Assembly: GCA_027021365.1 (NCBI GenBank)
Contig: JALUUM010000008.1
Span: forward strand, 2,804-66,803
Origin: Spirochaetales bacterium
GTDB taxonomy: Bacteria > Spirochaetota > Spirochaetia > SZUA-6
Length of the DNA: 64,000 nt
Direction of reading: 5' to 3'
The position numbers and the translations under genes were made by a program. Positions 36,331 to 46,347 of this stretch are shown in pieces (the first letter of the stretch is position 1; each line of letters opens with the position of its first letter). The notes below the pieces were generated by a model. That model had not been told where the DNA came from. It saw only the letters and a program-made list of their open reading frames with translations, and did no database searches.

Positions 36331-37434
36331 ATGTCTGATATTGTTTACAATGCAATAAGAAAGAGAGTTAAAGTTTTTTTTGAATTCATAGATTCTGAGT
36401 TAATGATTCATCCAACGCAGAATGATTTCTGGGAATATCTTAATATTCGAATACCAGAAAATCCGGTTCCGTTAACAGACATAATTTTCGAATTGGTTGG
36501 AAAAGAAATAGAAATAACCCTGTTACTGAAGGGAGAAAAAAAATCTATAAACATACCGGCAATACAGAGGGAAACAGAAAAAGATAGGAATACTTATTTT
36601 GATCTTGAATTAATCACATGTGACAGGAGTGACTATCCGTTAATCGTTATAATAGAAGACAGGACTCGTATTTTTTCCTACCAACAAAAGCTGGTCCAGA
36701 GTCGCAATGAGACCAAACTTTTACAAAAACAATTAGCAGAAAAAAACAAGGCACTGGAAAAGCTAAATACAATAATTCAGAGACAGAACCTCGACCTTGA
36801 AAAACGGGTGAGAGAACGCACACAGGAACTCCAGAGTGCACGAATAGAGATAATAAGGCGCCTTGCTCAGGCGGCTGAATATCGGGATCCGGAAACAGGA
36901 AGTCACATTGTAAGAATGAGTAAAACATGTGTACTCCTTGCACGGGAAATAGGCCTCAGTGAAAAAGATTGTGACCTGATTTATCACGGTGGTTCGATGC
37001 ATGATCTGGGGAAAATTGCAATTCCCGATGCAATTCTATTGAAACCCGGACCTCTTTCTTCGAAAGAGTGGCAAATAATGAAACAACATACTATCAGAGG
37101 AGCTCGATTACTTTCCGATAATGATACGGATCTAATGATAACCGGCAGAATAATAGCCAGGTCTCACCATGAAAGATGGGATGGCAATGGATATCCGGAT
37201 GGAATATCCGGGGAAAACATACATATTTTTGCGAGAATATGTGCTCTTGCCGATGTTTTTGACGCCCTTGTGTCTGACAGGCCGTATAAGAAAGCCTGGC
37301 CATTTGAAAGAGCAATCTCTACAATCGAAGAAGGAAGCGGGACACAGTTTGATCCTGAAATCGTTAAAGCCTTCCTCGATATATCAGACAAGGCCATTAA
37401 ACTTCAGCAAGATTTTAAAGATAAATCAACTTAA
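36331..37434 (+). CDS. HD-GYP domain protein (putative c-di-GMP phosphodiesterase) with an N-terminal domain of unknown function
   Basis: C-terminal HD...HHERWDGNGYPDG matches the HD-GYP signature. ATG at 36331 has a GAAGGG RBS. The ORF-track start at 36292 overlaps the GTPase gene. Confidence 0.85.
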   Translation: MSDIVYNAIRKRVKVFFEFIDSELMIHPTQNDFWEYLNIRIPENPVPLTDIIFELVGKEIEITLLLKGEKKSINIPAIQRETEKDRNTYFDLELITCDRSDYPLIVIIEDRTRIFSYQQKLVQSRNETKLLQKQLAEKNKALEKLNTIIQRQNLDLEKRVRERTQELQSARIEIIRRLAQAAEYRDPETGSHIVRMSKTCVLLAREIGLSEKDCDLIYHGGSMHDLGKIAIPDAILLKPGPLSSKEWQIMKQHTIRGARLLSDNDTDLMITGRIIARSHHERWDGNGYPDGISGENIHIFARICALADVFDALVSDRPYKKAWPFERAISTIEEGSGTQFDPEIVKAFLDISDKAIKLQQDFKDKST

Positions 37435-37436
37435 AA

Positions 37437-38390
37437 ATGATGAGGACTTTATCATTCAAAGATAAAAAAACCATGCTCTCAATTCTTTCTCAACATCAAT
37501 TTCTTTTTGGTTTAGGAGCAATTACATACGACAGTAACACCAGAGAGCAAACAAGTGATTTACTAAGAGCAGTTGAAAATTCACAACTAAATTCCGGAAA
37601 TATATATTCTATAGTTTCCATAATCCGGCAGCATAGTCTAATATTCGGAGAAGGCCTTATTTCTTCGGATCAAAATGTAATATCGGAAGACAAAAAATTG
37701 ATTCAAAAATTATACAAGTTACTTCACAGCGAGGAGAAATATATTCCAACAATTATTCCCAGAGTTAACTACTTGAATTACAAAAGAAATCTTTCTAAAG
37801 AGATAGAAAAAAGAAAATTGATAAAAGAAAAACCAGATCCCGGAGGCTATCCTCTTTTCGGGAAAAAACGTATCGCCCTTAGAAAAATCAGCAAAGGATA
37901 CTTGATTCTTTTTAACCTTCCCAAAAACTACGAAAAACCCTCTATGATTTTTGTTCATATAATTTCAATCAAGCATAGCGAGAGCATTCATTATGAAAAT
38001 GAAAAAGTTGTCATTCTCACCAAGAACTATATTCATACTATCCTAATTTCAAATAAAGATATAAACGAAGAGTGTAAATACAAAAAAATATCTAGAACTG
38101 CATTCAATGTTCCTTTAAGCTCTAACAACCTTCTTGCTATAAGTACAAAAACCAATTTTAATATCTGCATTTCAGGCACGCCACACGATCCTGCTGCAAA
38201 TATACGATTGAAAAGCAATCCCTCTAACAATGAATATTCATACTTCTTTCCTGCTTCAAACAGCTCATTCCCCAAGATTGATCCTTTCTTAACCAATCTT
38301 ATAAAATATATTACAAAGATTTCTCAAAGAGAAGCTGACAATATCTCATATTTTATAACAAGAAAAATATTCCGGGAAAATCAGCTGTAA
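37437..38390 (+). CDS. hypothetical protein (317 aa), last gene of the chemosensory-like operon
   Basis: Starts 3 nt after the HD-GYP stop. AT-rich, with no recognisable motif. Confidence 0.4.
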   Translation: MMRTLSFKDKKTMLSILSQHQFLFGLGAITYDSNTREQTSDLLRAVENSQLNSGNIYSIVSIIRQHSLIFGEGLISSDQNVISEDKKLIQKLYKLLHSEEKYIPTIIPRVNYLNYKRNLSKEIEKRKLIKEKPDPGGYPLFGKKRIALRKISKGYLILFNLPKNYEKPSMIFVHIISIKHSESIHYENEKVVILTKNYIHTILISNKDINEECKYKKISRTAFNVPLSSNNLLAISTKTNFNICISGTPHDPAANIRLKSNPSNNEYSYFFPASNSSFPKIDPFLTNLIKYITKISQREADNISYFITRKIFRENQL

Positions 38391-38424
38391 ATTGATAGAA
38401 CTTACACAATCTTGATTAATAAAC

Positions 38425-40182
38425 TTACTTCAGTTCAATCACAGAAAAAGAAACTCTCCTGTTCTTTCGCATGTCATCTTTAGTTTTTTCAATAACAATA
38501 GGTTCATCCGAACCAACACCTCTGACAATTAATACATTATTGGGAATTCCCAATTCAACCAGTTTTTCCACCACTCTCTTAGCACGATCAATGCTCAAGG
38601 CCAGACTTTGTGCATCGGTGATCTGCCCCGTAGTATGGCCGGTTACCGTGAAGACAAGACTTCCTTTATACATGGCAATAAGCTTTTTTATTATATTTGC
38701 CGCTCTGACAATAGTCTCTTCTTCGCCTTGCATAGCATTTGCAGAACCAGGGGTGAAATATACATTCAATCGCTCGAGTTCCTTGACGGCAGAGTAATAC
38801 TCATTGCTTAACCCTGATATATTAAATTTAAATACCCCTGGTATGGCCCCACTTATTAACCTGCTTCTGTCAATCCATTCCTCCGTAACATTTCCCGTTG
38901 CATATAAGATTCCATCTTTAAAGGAAAGTTCTACGTCATCAGGGGGTTTAAGAATCATTTTAGCCCTTTTTAGTACAAGTTGCGGTTCTAGAGAAACGTA
39001 GGGTTTCATTTCAAAGCTAAATAATTCTAAAGGCAGTCCTGCTTTTATAATGATAGCCAATGGTTTTTCACTCAGCGGGTCTCTCAAACCATTAATATGT
39101 ATTTTCCCTTTCGACTTGTATGTTTCCGTTATAACTATCCCGGGTTGCATAGACAACAAGTCAAGAGCCTTTTTACCATTCATCCCTTCCAGAGCTGAAC
39201 GAGTGACAAAAAAACCTGCAATACCCAAAAAAAGTACAAGAATAGCAACCAGAGCTTTTGGAAACTTCTTTGCCGATCCCTTAAGTTCAACTTCCAAACA
39301 GTCTGTAAGAATGGACTCTGTTCCCTTAAACTTTCCGATCTCCCCATCAAAATTTTCCAGGTAATGGCCAAATTTTAAATGTATGGTTTCCAATACATCC
39401 TGCATTTTCCACCTAAGTTCAGGGGTTGGGGTTCCCTGAATAACCAGTGCCAGTACGGCAAAGGGACTCTGTTCAATCCATATAACAAAATCACCAACTT
39501 CAAAAGAATCAACGGTTTCTCTCTTACTCAGATTGAGGGAATCTTTTATAAAATCCTGGACTGCATTGAGCATGGCGGCAACCATGTCACCATCACTTAC
39601 TGCCGAGTTTTCAGTAACAACGCGGTTCAATAAAATTCCCGATTTCCGATGTATCAGGAATACTTCCTCGACCCTGAAAACAATCGATTCTTTCAAGGCT
39701 ATTTCTGCAAAACTTTTTCCGGTCTTTATCGATTCGATTCTCCACTTGATTGACTTGAAAGACAAGCTTTTTTCGAGGGAACGATTCATCGATTGTATCG
39801 TTTCCCTCATGAATTTGGCCAATGCTTTGCGTATTGCCGGTCCTATTACAGGAAACAGAGCTTCTGCGAGAACATTACTGTCCCTTTCAGTCGATTGCTT
39901 AACAGCTTTCTCTGTAGGTTCCACAAGGGCTTTTGAAAGCTGAGTACCTTCTTTGTCTTTCAGGATGATTGCTTCCGGAAGAACGTCTTTCACTGTTTCC
40001 GGTGTAATCGAGCCTCTGTCAAGGATCTTCAAAAGATCCCCTAACTGCTTCTGTTCTTCTTCCCGAAGGAGAGAACCTGCGTCTTTTAAATTATTCTTAC
40101 TACCTGTTCTGTTCGACTTTCTCATAGAAATAGGATTATAAAAGAAAATCGTAAAAGAATCTAACCGTTTTTTCGGTTGCAT
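38425..40182 (-). CDS. OmpA/MotB-family peptidoglycan-binding protein with a ~300-aa cytoplasmic N-terminal domain and a single TM
   Basis: C-terminus TVTGHTTGQITDAQSLALSIDRAKRVVEKLVELGIPNNVLIVRGVGSDEPI is an OmpA_C-like domain. TM helix ALVAILVLFLGIAGFFV lies around residue 310. Confidence 0.75.
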   Translation of the reverse strand: MQPKKRLDSFTIFFYNPISMRKSNRTGSKNNLKDAGSLLREEEQKQLGDLLKILDRGSITPETVKDVLPEAIILKDKEGTQLSKALVEPTEKAVKQSTERDSNVLAEALFPVIGPAIRKALAKFMRETIQSMNRSLEKSLSFKSIKWRIESIKTGKSFAEIALKESIVFRVEEVFLIHRKSGILLNRVVTENSAVSDGDMVAAMLNAVQDFIKDSLNLSKRETVDSFEVGDFVIWIEQSPFAVLALVIQGTPTPELRWKMQDVLETIHLKFGHYLENFDGEIGKFKGTESILTDCLEVELKGSAKKFPKALVAILVLFLGIAGFFVTRSALEGMNGKKALDLLSMQPGIVITETYKSKGKIHINGLRDPLSEKPLAIIIKAGLPLELFSFEMKPYVSLEPQLVLKRAKMILKPPDDVELSFKDGILYATGNVTEEWIDRSRLISGAIPGVFKFNISGLSNEYYSAVKELERLNVYFTPGSANAMQGEEETIVRAANIIKKLIAMYKGSLVFTVTGHTTGQITDAQSLALSIDRAKRVVEKLVELGIPNNVLIVRGVGSDEPIVIEKTKDDMRKNRRVSFSVIELK

Positions 40183-40555
40183 CAGATGAGGACAGTAAGA
40201 CCCTGTAGGTCTACCTCCCGATGGTGAGTGATAAAATATCCGAAGGAGGTTGTATCTGTCGGGAGGGCAGGAATGAATACTTCCTATAGGGTTCCGGGAA
40301 TCAATAATAGATCATATTACTATAGCCAAAGTCCTAATTAATGGTTAAGAGTGAGGTATTGTAAGCTAAAAGGGTTGATATTCAAAGCTACAAGGTATTA
40401 TAATAGCAGCTAATATCATTTTAGTTTGGGTTATATGATACCGTTAGAGTTTTAAAACGCAAAATTATCTCACCTTGTTTGTCATATAAGCTCATTTCCT
40501 AACGGAATTTTTAACACCAGGCTGACTAATAATATTTAGAAAGGAGGTTATAAAA

Positions 40556-40714
40556 TTGAGTAAGAAAACAGCAAAAAAGAATGTAATAATCTTTGCTATT
40601 CTATTTTTTATTATTGGATTTTTTGTAGGTCAATTTTTGCATATGCCAGCTTTTGATAGATATAATTTGTTAGATGCAATGCGCAGACCAAGATCACATC
40701 ATATTAGGAGATAG
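40556..40714 (+). CDS. possible small single-TM protein (52 aa, TTG start)
   Basis: AGGAGG RBS 7 nt upstream of TTG. Encodes ...NVIIFAILFFIIGFFVGQFL..., ending 3 nt before the next gene. Confidence 0.25.
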   Translation: MSKKTAKKNVIIFAILFFIIGFFVGQFLHMPAFDRYNLLDAMRRPRSHHIRR

Positions 40715-40716
40715 CT

Positions 40717-41172
40717 ATGTATCGTCTTATTCTTTTATTTCTTGCAGGCATTCTTTTATTTGGATGTACCAACAACTATATCAGTAAAACAAAGAACTAC
40801 CTTATTGTGGACCAACCCTCCAATAAAGTAATAAGCGAATATGAGTATAACGAATCAGATAATACATTAAGAAGAACAATAAGCTATGGCAAAGATGGAA
40901 AAGTTAAAAAGATAATCAATTATGAATATGATAGAAGGGGTTATCTAATCAAAACGGTAGAGTCTGTTCCTCTCCAGGAGTCAAAAGAAATTACCTATTA
41001 TACTGAAGAGCATAAGGATAAAAGTGGGAGACTTGTAAAAACAATTCAAATTTCATCAGAAGGAAAAAAAATTGAAACCTATTACGGATACGATGAAGAG
41101 GGTAATTTAAGAGGAGTTGTGGAACAGGTAAATAACAAATCTGTGATTATGAAAGATTATCCGCATGAATAA
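40717..41172 (+). CDS. small lipoprotein with YD/RHS-like repeats
   Basis: Lipobox LLFGC. Repeats YEYDRRGYLIKT, YYTEEHKDKSGRLVKT and YYGYDEEGNLRGV match the YxYDxxGRL pattern. Confidence 0.55.
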   Translation: MYRLILLFLAGILLFGCTNNYISKTKNYLIVDQPSNKVISEYEYNESDNTLRRTISYGKDGKVKKIINYEYDRRGYLIKTVESVPLQESKEITYYTEEHKDKSGRLVKTIQISSEGKKIETYYGYDEEGNLRGVVEQVNNKSVIMKDYPHE

Positions 41173-42601
41173 AAAATATTTATTTCCAGCAATATTTCTT
41201 TTTGTCTTAGGGGTTACTCAGGGTTTATATGCCGATTCTCGTATTCCCTATTCTGAAGTAATACTGAATAAAAATGTAATAGACTTGCGTGCAAACATGC
41301 AGTTGAAGTCGTCGATTAATAACCGACCGGTAAGGTATTCAACCCCGGAAGATCTTAGAATAGGGTCGATCTTTTTAACTGCGGACAATGAGGCGAGAAA
41401 AGTTGTAAATATCTATGAAAGAAATGGTAAAACAGTCATAGAAACAGTTAAACCAAGACCAGAAGAGGTTTTTATAGATGCTTATGTCCCGGATTTTAAC
41501 GTTAAGCTCGACCGATCCGATATTGATTTGTCCTCTCTCGGGAAGGGAGTTACATTACTACCACCTGGAACCCCAGAAAAGGATATGCTTTTTTCAGGTT
41601 TTAATCAAACATCTACAACATTTAAAACCGAAAGTGTAAACTGGCTGGAAACAGACCCTGATAATGCGGGGCTCGATATAATAGCGCTTAATATAGATAC
41701 GCCTCTATTTAAGAGCTCTCTCTCCACAGATGATATGGAATTATTAGAGAAGATAAAAACCTCAGGGAAAAAGGCAAAGAAAAAAAAGGGAAAAACTACA
41801 GAAACAAGTGTAGGTGGCACACCCGAAGTTTCTTTCGGTACTTCCGGGGAGATTCATCTCCTTGGCACGTTACGTTTAAGAAAACCAACAATATCGGGCG
41901 GACTTAAAATGCCGAGTATCACTGTTACATGGGTTCATGACTGGTGGATAGTCTATCACCCTGAATTCCGTCATAACAAAGGCTATCTAAAAGCAAATTT
42001 CACGGCTGCTCAGCAATTTGATTTTCGGTTAACAGGAACTGTTAAACTGGAATCCGAAATAATAATTCCAATCTTTGAAATAATTGTAGAGGATCCTGAT
42101 ACTACTCTTTTCATGAAAGTGGGTTTTTACGCTAAAATAGGTCTTACGGGAACTATTTCGATTATAATCGAAGCATCTGAGTACACAAAACTTTCAGCCG
42201 GTGTAACATGCGACCTTGCATGGCCCTTTATTCCTTATAAGTATAGCGGGCATCAGAACAACTATGGAAACTTTGCTTTTCGACCAATTCTTGCAGCACA
42301 GGCAAGGCTCCAGGCCGGTCTTTATTTGGGTGGTAGTTTTGGTATGGCTTCTATTGACTTTGCAGGGGTGGAAGCCGGAGGAGGAGGTTATATACAGGCT
42401 GAGGGCTACATGGAACCTATGGGTATTATGGGCTACGATACAGAGCTTGGTGGCTACGGCAATTTTGACAATTGGATACTCGATCTCACTGCAGAGGCAG
42501 GTGCATATGTGGAGGTAGGAGCAAGTATTCTTACCATAGGAATACCAATATATTCACATGACTGGCCCTTCTGGGAATGGAACCAGAGCTGGGAGTTATA
42601 G
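41165..42601 (+). CDS. secreted protein with a Gly/aromatic-rich C-terminal region (possible beta-barrel)
   Basis: Signal peptide MNKKYLFPAIFLFVLGVTQGLYA; 478 aa; no family recognised. Confidence 0.45.
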   Translation: MNKKYLFPAIFLFVLGVTQGLYADSRIPYSEVILNKNVIDLRANMQLKSSINNRPVRYSTPEDLRIGSIFLTADNEARKVVNIYERNGKTVIETVKPRPEEVFIDAYVPDFNVKLDRSDIDLSSLGKGVTLLPPGTPEKDMLFSGFNQTSTTFKTESVNWLETDPDNAGLDIIALNIDTPLFKSSLSTDDMELLEKIKTSGKKAKKKKGKTTETSVGGTPEVSFGTSGEIHLLGTLRLRKPTISGGLKMPSITVTWVHDWWIVYHPEFRHNKGYLKANFTAAQQFDFRLTGTVKLESEIIIPIFEIIVEDPDTTLFMKVGFYAKIGLTGTISIIIEASEYTKLSAGVTCDLAWPFIPYKYSGHQNNYGNFAFRPILAAQARLQAGLYLGGSFGMASIDFAGVEAGGGGYIQAEGYMEPMGIMGYDTELGGYGNFDNWILDLTAEAGAYVEVGASILTIGIPIYSHDWPFWEWNQSWEL

Positions 42602-42604
42602 CAA

Positions 42605-43888
42605 ATGAAATTGATTAAATGTTTATTAATAAGCATTACTGCTTTTCCATTTCTGCTATTAGCAAACTGCAATCTTTTGAACTTATCCGGCAACAATATG
42701 GAAACAGAAAAAATCAATTACTATTCAAAAGAAGTTGAAGTAAGCAGATATGTAGATCCGGGTGAATCTGACCTGGAACCTGTAGAGAGCTATATCTACG
42801 ATGATACCGGTAAACTGAGTGCTGTATTTATTAACCTCTATGAGGATGTTAATGGAGATGGATATTACTTAAACACCAGAACCAATATCTATCAGGTAGA
42901 TGAAAACGGCAATAAAACTCTTATTCAATACTATAAATATACATATAGGAAGGATATCTATGAATATTTAGACGATGAAGGTATTACACAATCCGATTTT
43001 GTTTATGAGCTTCTTACAGGAGAAGTCTGGAGTACCAATAATACTCCGGATGATGAAACGGATGATATAAAAGAACACTATTATATTGTTACATATACGA
43101 CGAATGATGACACGATCTATGAAGATTATCTATCAATAATAGATTATGATAAAGATAATAATATTACCAATCGGCAAGATGATACTTATCAAGTAGATGG
43201 GGATGGCAATCGAAGATATAGAACGGAAAAATTCTATAGCTTAAGTGATCCGGCTGATCCTAATACGCTTTCCCTCTCATCTGAATATGCCGCATGGTTA
43301 GATACTTCTGCTCCCTATGACATACTCTATGAACTCTACCATTCTGTGCGAAGCAGTAATGGCACTGACGAATTTTATTTCTATACGAAATATGAAAGAA
43401 ACGACTCAGGAGATATTTACCAGCAAACAGATTATGTATACGACGATCCCTCTATGCCAAAATTGAATAATGGTGATTACCAAGACGGATCATTGGATGA
43501 CAGTGGACCTTATACCATCAGTTTTGACGCTATCGGTAAAATGGCCACAGTATTACAATCGGAATATGACAGTAAAGGAAATGTAATAAAAGATGAGCGA
43601 TTCTTAGATGGACAGCTAAAAGAATACACAATTTATAGGTACAATGAATCTTCCGAATTAATAGATAAAATTAGATATACAAATGGTGGGAGCTTTATCC
43701 ACGACCGTACTTCCATAAGGTATCATGATGAAATCCGTGACGGAGTTTATAATCGTATAAAAGAAACATTCATTTATAAGTACTATGATTATGAAAGTAC
43801 CGGAGAAGGTCAAAAGGTTATTAGGGAACTTAATAATAACGATTCAAACTGCCGCTTAAAAAAACCAGAAAATAACCATATTCATTAA
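42605..43888 (+). CDS. lipoprotein with YD/RHS-like repeats (427 aa)
   Basis: Lipobox LLANC. Repeats YIYDDTGKLSAV, YVYDDPSMPK and EYDSKGNVIKDERF. Confidence 0.5.
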   Translation: MKLIKCLLISITAFPFLLLANCNLLNLSGNNMETEKINYYSKEVEVSRYVDPGESDLEPVESYIYDDTGKLSAVFINLYEDVNGDGYYLNTRTNIYQVDENGNKTLIQYYKYTYRKDIYEYLDDEGITQSDFVYELLTGEVWSTNNTPDDETDDIKEHYYIVTYTTNDDTIYEDYLSIIDYDKDNNITNRQDDTYQVDGDGNRRYRTEKFYSLSDPADPNTLSLSSEYAAWLDTSAPYDILYELYHSVRSSNGTDEFYFYTKYERNDSGDIYQQTDYVYDDPSMPKLNNGDYQDGSLDDSGPYTISFDAIGKMATVLQSEYDSKGNVIKDERFLDGQLKEYTIYRYNESSELIDKIRYTNGGSFIHDRTSIRYHDEIRDGVYNRIKETFIYKYYDYESTGEGQKVIRELNNNDSNCRLKKPENNHIH

Positions 43889-43900
43889 GGTTGACAGCAT

Positions 43901-45595
43901 ATGAAAGGGGAAAAAAGTATGAAGAGGGTAATTATAACTTTAAGCATTTTATTTTTTTTAAGTATATCTGTTTATTCAAAAGGAAATACAGAATCCGGAA
44001 GAAATTTTCTATTTAAGGATATAAAGAATGCTTATCTATACCCGGAAATTTCCTATTCAAATAATCCGGTAGTTTTGAATAGATTAAACAAAGCTTTAAT
44101 TTACAATAATACAAATTTTGCTTTAAATATAGATACAGTTCAGAACACACGTACAGATGATTCCATTGGTTCCAAAGGGGGAACGGGTACTGTTACTGGT
44201 ATAGATTTAAAACCCGTGGCCGATCTCATCTCTTTTTTCCCATTCAAAAAATCTGTTGTTGGTTTTGGTGCCAACTATAGTATGGATTATAGCAGAAATG
44301 ACATTTTGTTCAGCAATTATAATGCACCAACGGAAAATAAAACGGAAATTACTGAAAACGATAAAATCGAAACAGGGGGTGATTTATACCTTGCTCTTAA
44401 AAACACGGGCAGTTTTAACCTTGGCTTTTCTGCCGGTTATAGCTTCATGGAGATTCCAAAAAGCTTTAGCTGGATAACAGATAGTTCGGTGAATCCTGCA
44501 CTTCATTATGTGGATCCTGCGGCTTATCCCAATCCTATTGATAGCATTACTCATACGGCAAAAGCTTCCATAGGAATCGAATTCCCTCTTTTGGAAACAG
44601 ACATTCTATTAAGTGTAAACTATGTTGGAGATTTCACCAAACGTTCGGATGATTTTATTGCAGTTGATACAGATGGAGACGGATATAAAGAGACATTGAT
44701 GTCTTATAAGGATTATATGTCGCGAACGGGAGAGGGAGGGCCTCCTGAAACTGCAACTAGCTATAATCATGAAGATAATACGATCTCAACAAGGATAGAT
44801 ATTTATCCTGTAATAAAAAAAGAACTTGGTGAAAATGTAACTTTCATTCTTAGTGGGAAATACAGAGCAGTAGATTACAGAGTAAACAACTATAAAAAAC
44901 AGATTACAACAGCATCAATTTTAAAAGATGAAAGCTGGACAAAGAAAATATATGATTCCGGCCTGACAACTTTCGATGCTTTAGCAGCTCTTTCTTTTAA
45001 AAACCCGAAAAACAAAAATGAATTTAGGTTTGGAATAGGCTATTCAAGAGTGAATGAAATCTATTCTCAGGACGGTGACTCTGCAGAAGGAAACAGCCTG
45101 TATAGCAGCTTAAATACCAATAATTATACAGAGCTTAGTCTTGGAGACAATCCTGAAAATGACAGCATTGTTAATAATGATGTTTATCCTTCAAATACCT
45201 TAACTCAGAAACTGCTCCTGATAGCCGGATATCAATGGTCTCTGCTAAAGCAGGTTTCTTTATATATAAATATGGATATTACAGGTTCGATTGTGACAAA
45301 AACATACGATGCCTTTAACCTGGATACACGTACCGTATGGGAAGAAAGCCATACATCTTCTACTTTAATATGGGATATGGATCCTCTTATCGGGATTGCT
45401 TTTCCTATTGGTAAGAAGGTTATGTGCATTATAAATATGCACAGGCTTAATACAAAAGGTGATATTTCAATAAGCGATGAAACTGCACCATACGATATCA
45501 TCTTGGGAAGGGCTTCCAGTAACAGTAATAGCGATCTGTTTTCCGACAGCGGATATAGTTTTGAAATTAATCTAGGATTTATTATCACATGGTGA
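43901..45595 (+). CDS. putative outer-membrane beta-barrel protein
   Basis: Signal peptide. C-terminus ...SFEINLGFIITW has the alternating-hydrophobic, terminal-aromatic OMP signature. Confidence 0.55.
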   Translation: MKGEKSMKRVIITLSILFFLSISVYSKGNTESGRNFLFKDIKNAYLYPEISYSNNPVVLNRLNKALIYNNTNFALNIDTVQNTRTDDSIGSKGGTGTVTGIDLKPVADLISFFPFKKSVVGFGANYSMDYSRNDILFSNYNAPTENKTEITENDKIETGGDLYLALKNTGSFNLGFSAGYSFMEIPKSFSWITDSSVNPALHYVDPAAYPNPIDSITHTAKASIGIEFPLLETDILLSVNYVGDFTKRSDDFIAVDTDGDGYKETLMSYKDYMSRTGEGGPPETATSYNHEDNTISTRIDIYPVIKKELGENVTFILSGKYRAVDYRVNNYKKQITTASILKDESWTKKIYDSGLTTFDALAALSFKNPKNKNEFRFGIGYSRVNEIYSQDGDSAEGNSLYSSLNTNNYTELSLGDNPENDSIVNNDVYPSNTLTQKLLLIAGYQWSLLKQVSLYINMDITGSIVTKTYDAFNLDTRTVWEESHTSSTLIWDMDPLIGIAFPIGKKVMCIINMHRLNTKGDISISDETAPYDIILGRASSNSNSDLFSDSGYSFEINLGFIITW

Positions 45596-46347
45596 AAATA
45601 GTAAAAGAGAAAAAAACCGCATTACAAATTCTTATAATGATTACAGCAATTATCTATTCTATTTGGGTACTTCTCTATCTAGCAAGTTTCTTTTTATATT
45701 CTGATTTTTTTAACAAATTGCATGCTAGTCTTTATGTTTCAATCGGATTTACTGTAATTGGTGTAGTATCTGTGTCAATTACAGCAACCATGATAGTTAA
45801 GCTCAAGCGAGATCCCTTTGCAATTTTTTCTGTTTTTATAATAGGTGGAAGACTTATCAATTTTATTGCAGCTTACCTTTTCTCTAAATTAACAAAGAAT
45901 TCATTTTTTATGCTTCCCTTCGGCAACCCTGATTTTTTTATCTTCTATTTTCTTTTAATAGGTTCTTATACCTTTATACGTAAGTCTGTTCTCCCAGAAA
46001 AAAAGTATGGTTTTCAAGCTCTATCCCTCTTTTCCTTGTTGTTTCTCGCATCCCCTATATTTTTCCATGTAATAGGAAAAGAAATAACTGTTATTTCAGT
46101 TTATTCCATTTTTTATACTCTCATTCCTATAGCGGCTATACTGGTAGCACCTTATAATACAAATCTTAGGAGCTTAAGGTTAATAATAATTTCTGTAATT
46201 ACTGCTGCATTCTTTGATATGCTTATTTATCTTAAGTTTACAGAATGGGATATTCCTCCTGATCTAAATTACCTTCTGCTTCCCTATTCCTTGCTAATTC
46301 TGACTGCCAGTGTAATACGTAGAGAAGAGGAGATTGCTAATGGTTGA
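45589..46347 (+). CDS. polytopic membrane protein (about 7 TM), hypothetical
   Basis: Hydrophobic helices throughout; overlaps both neighbouring genes. Confidence 0.5.
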   Translation: MVKIVKEKKTALQILIMITAIIYSIWVLLYLASFFLYSDFFNKLHASLYVSIGFTVIGVVSVSITATMIVKLKRDPFAIFSVFIIGGRLINFIAAYLFSKLTKNSFFMLPFGNPDFFIFYFLLIGSYTFIRKSVLPEKKYGFQALSLFSLLFLASPIFFHVIGKEITVISVYSIFYTLIPIAAILVAPYNTNLRSLRLIIISVITAAFFDMLIYLKFTEWDIPPDLNYLLLPYSLLILTASVIRREEEIANG

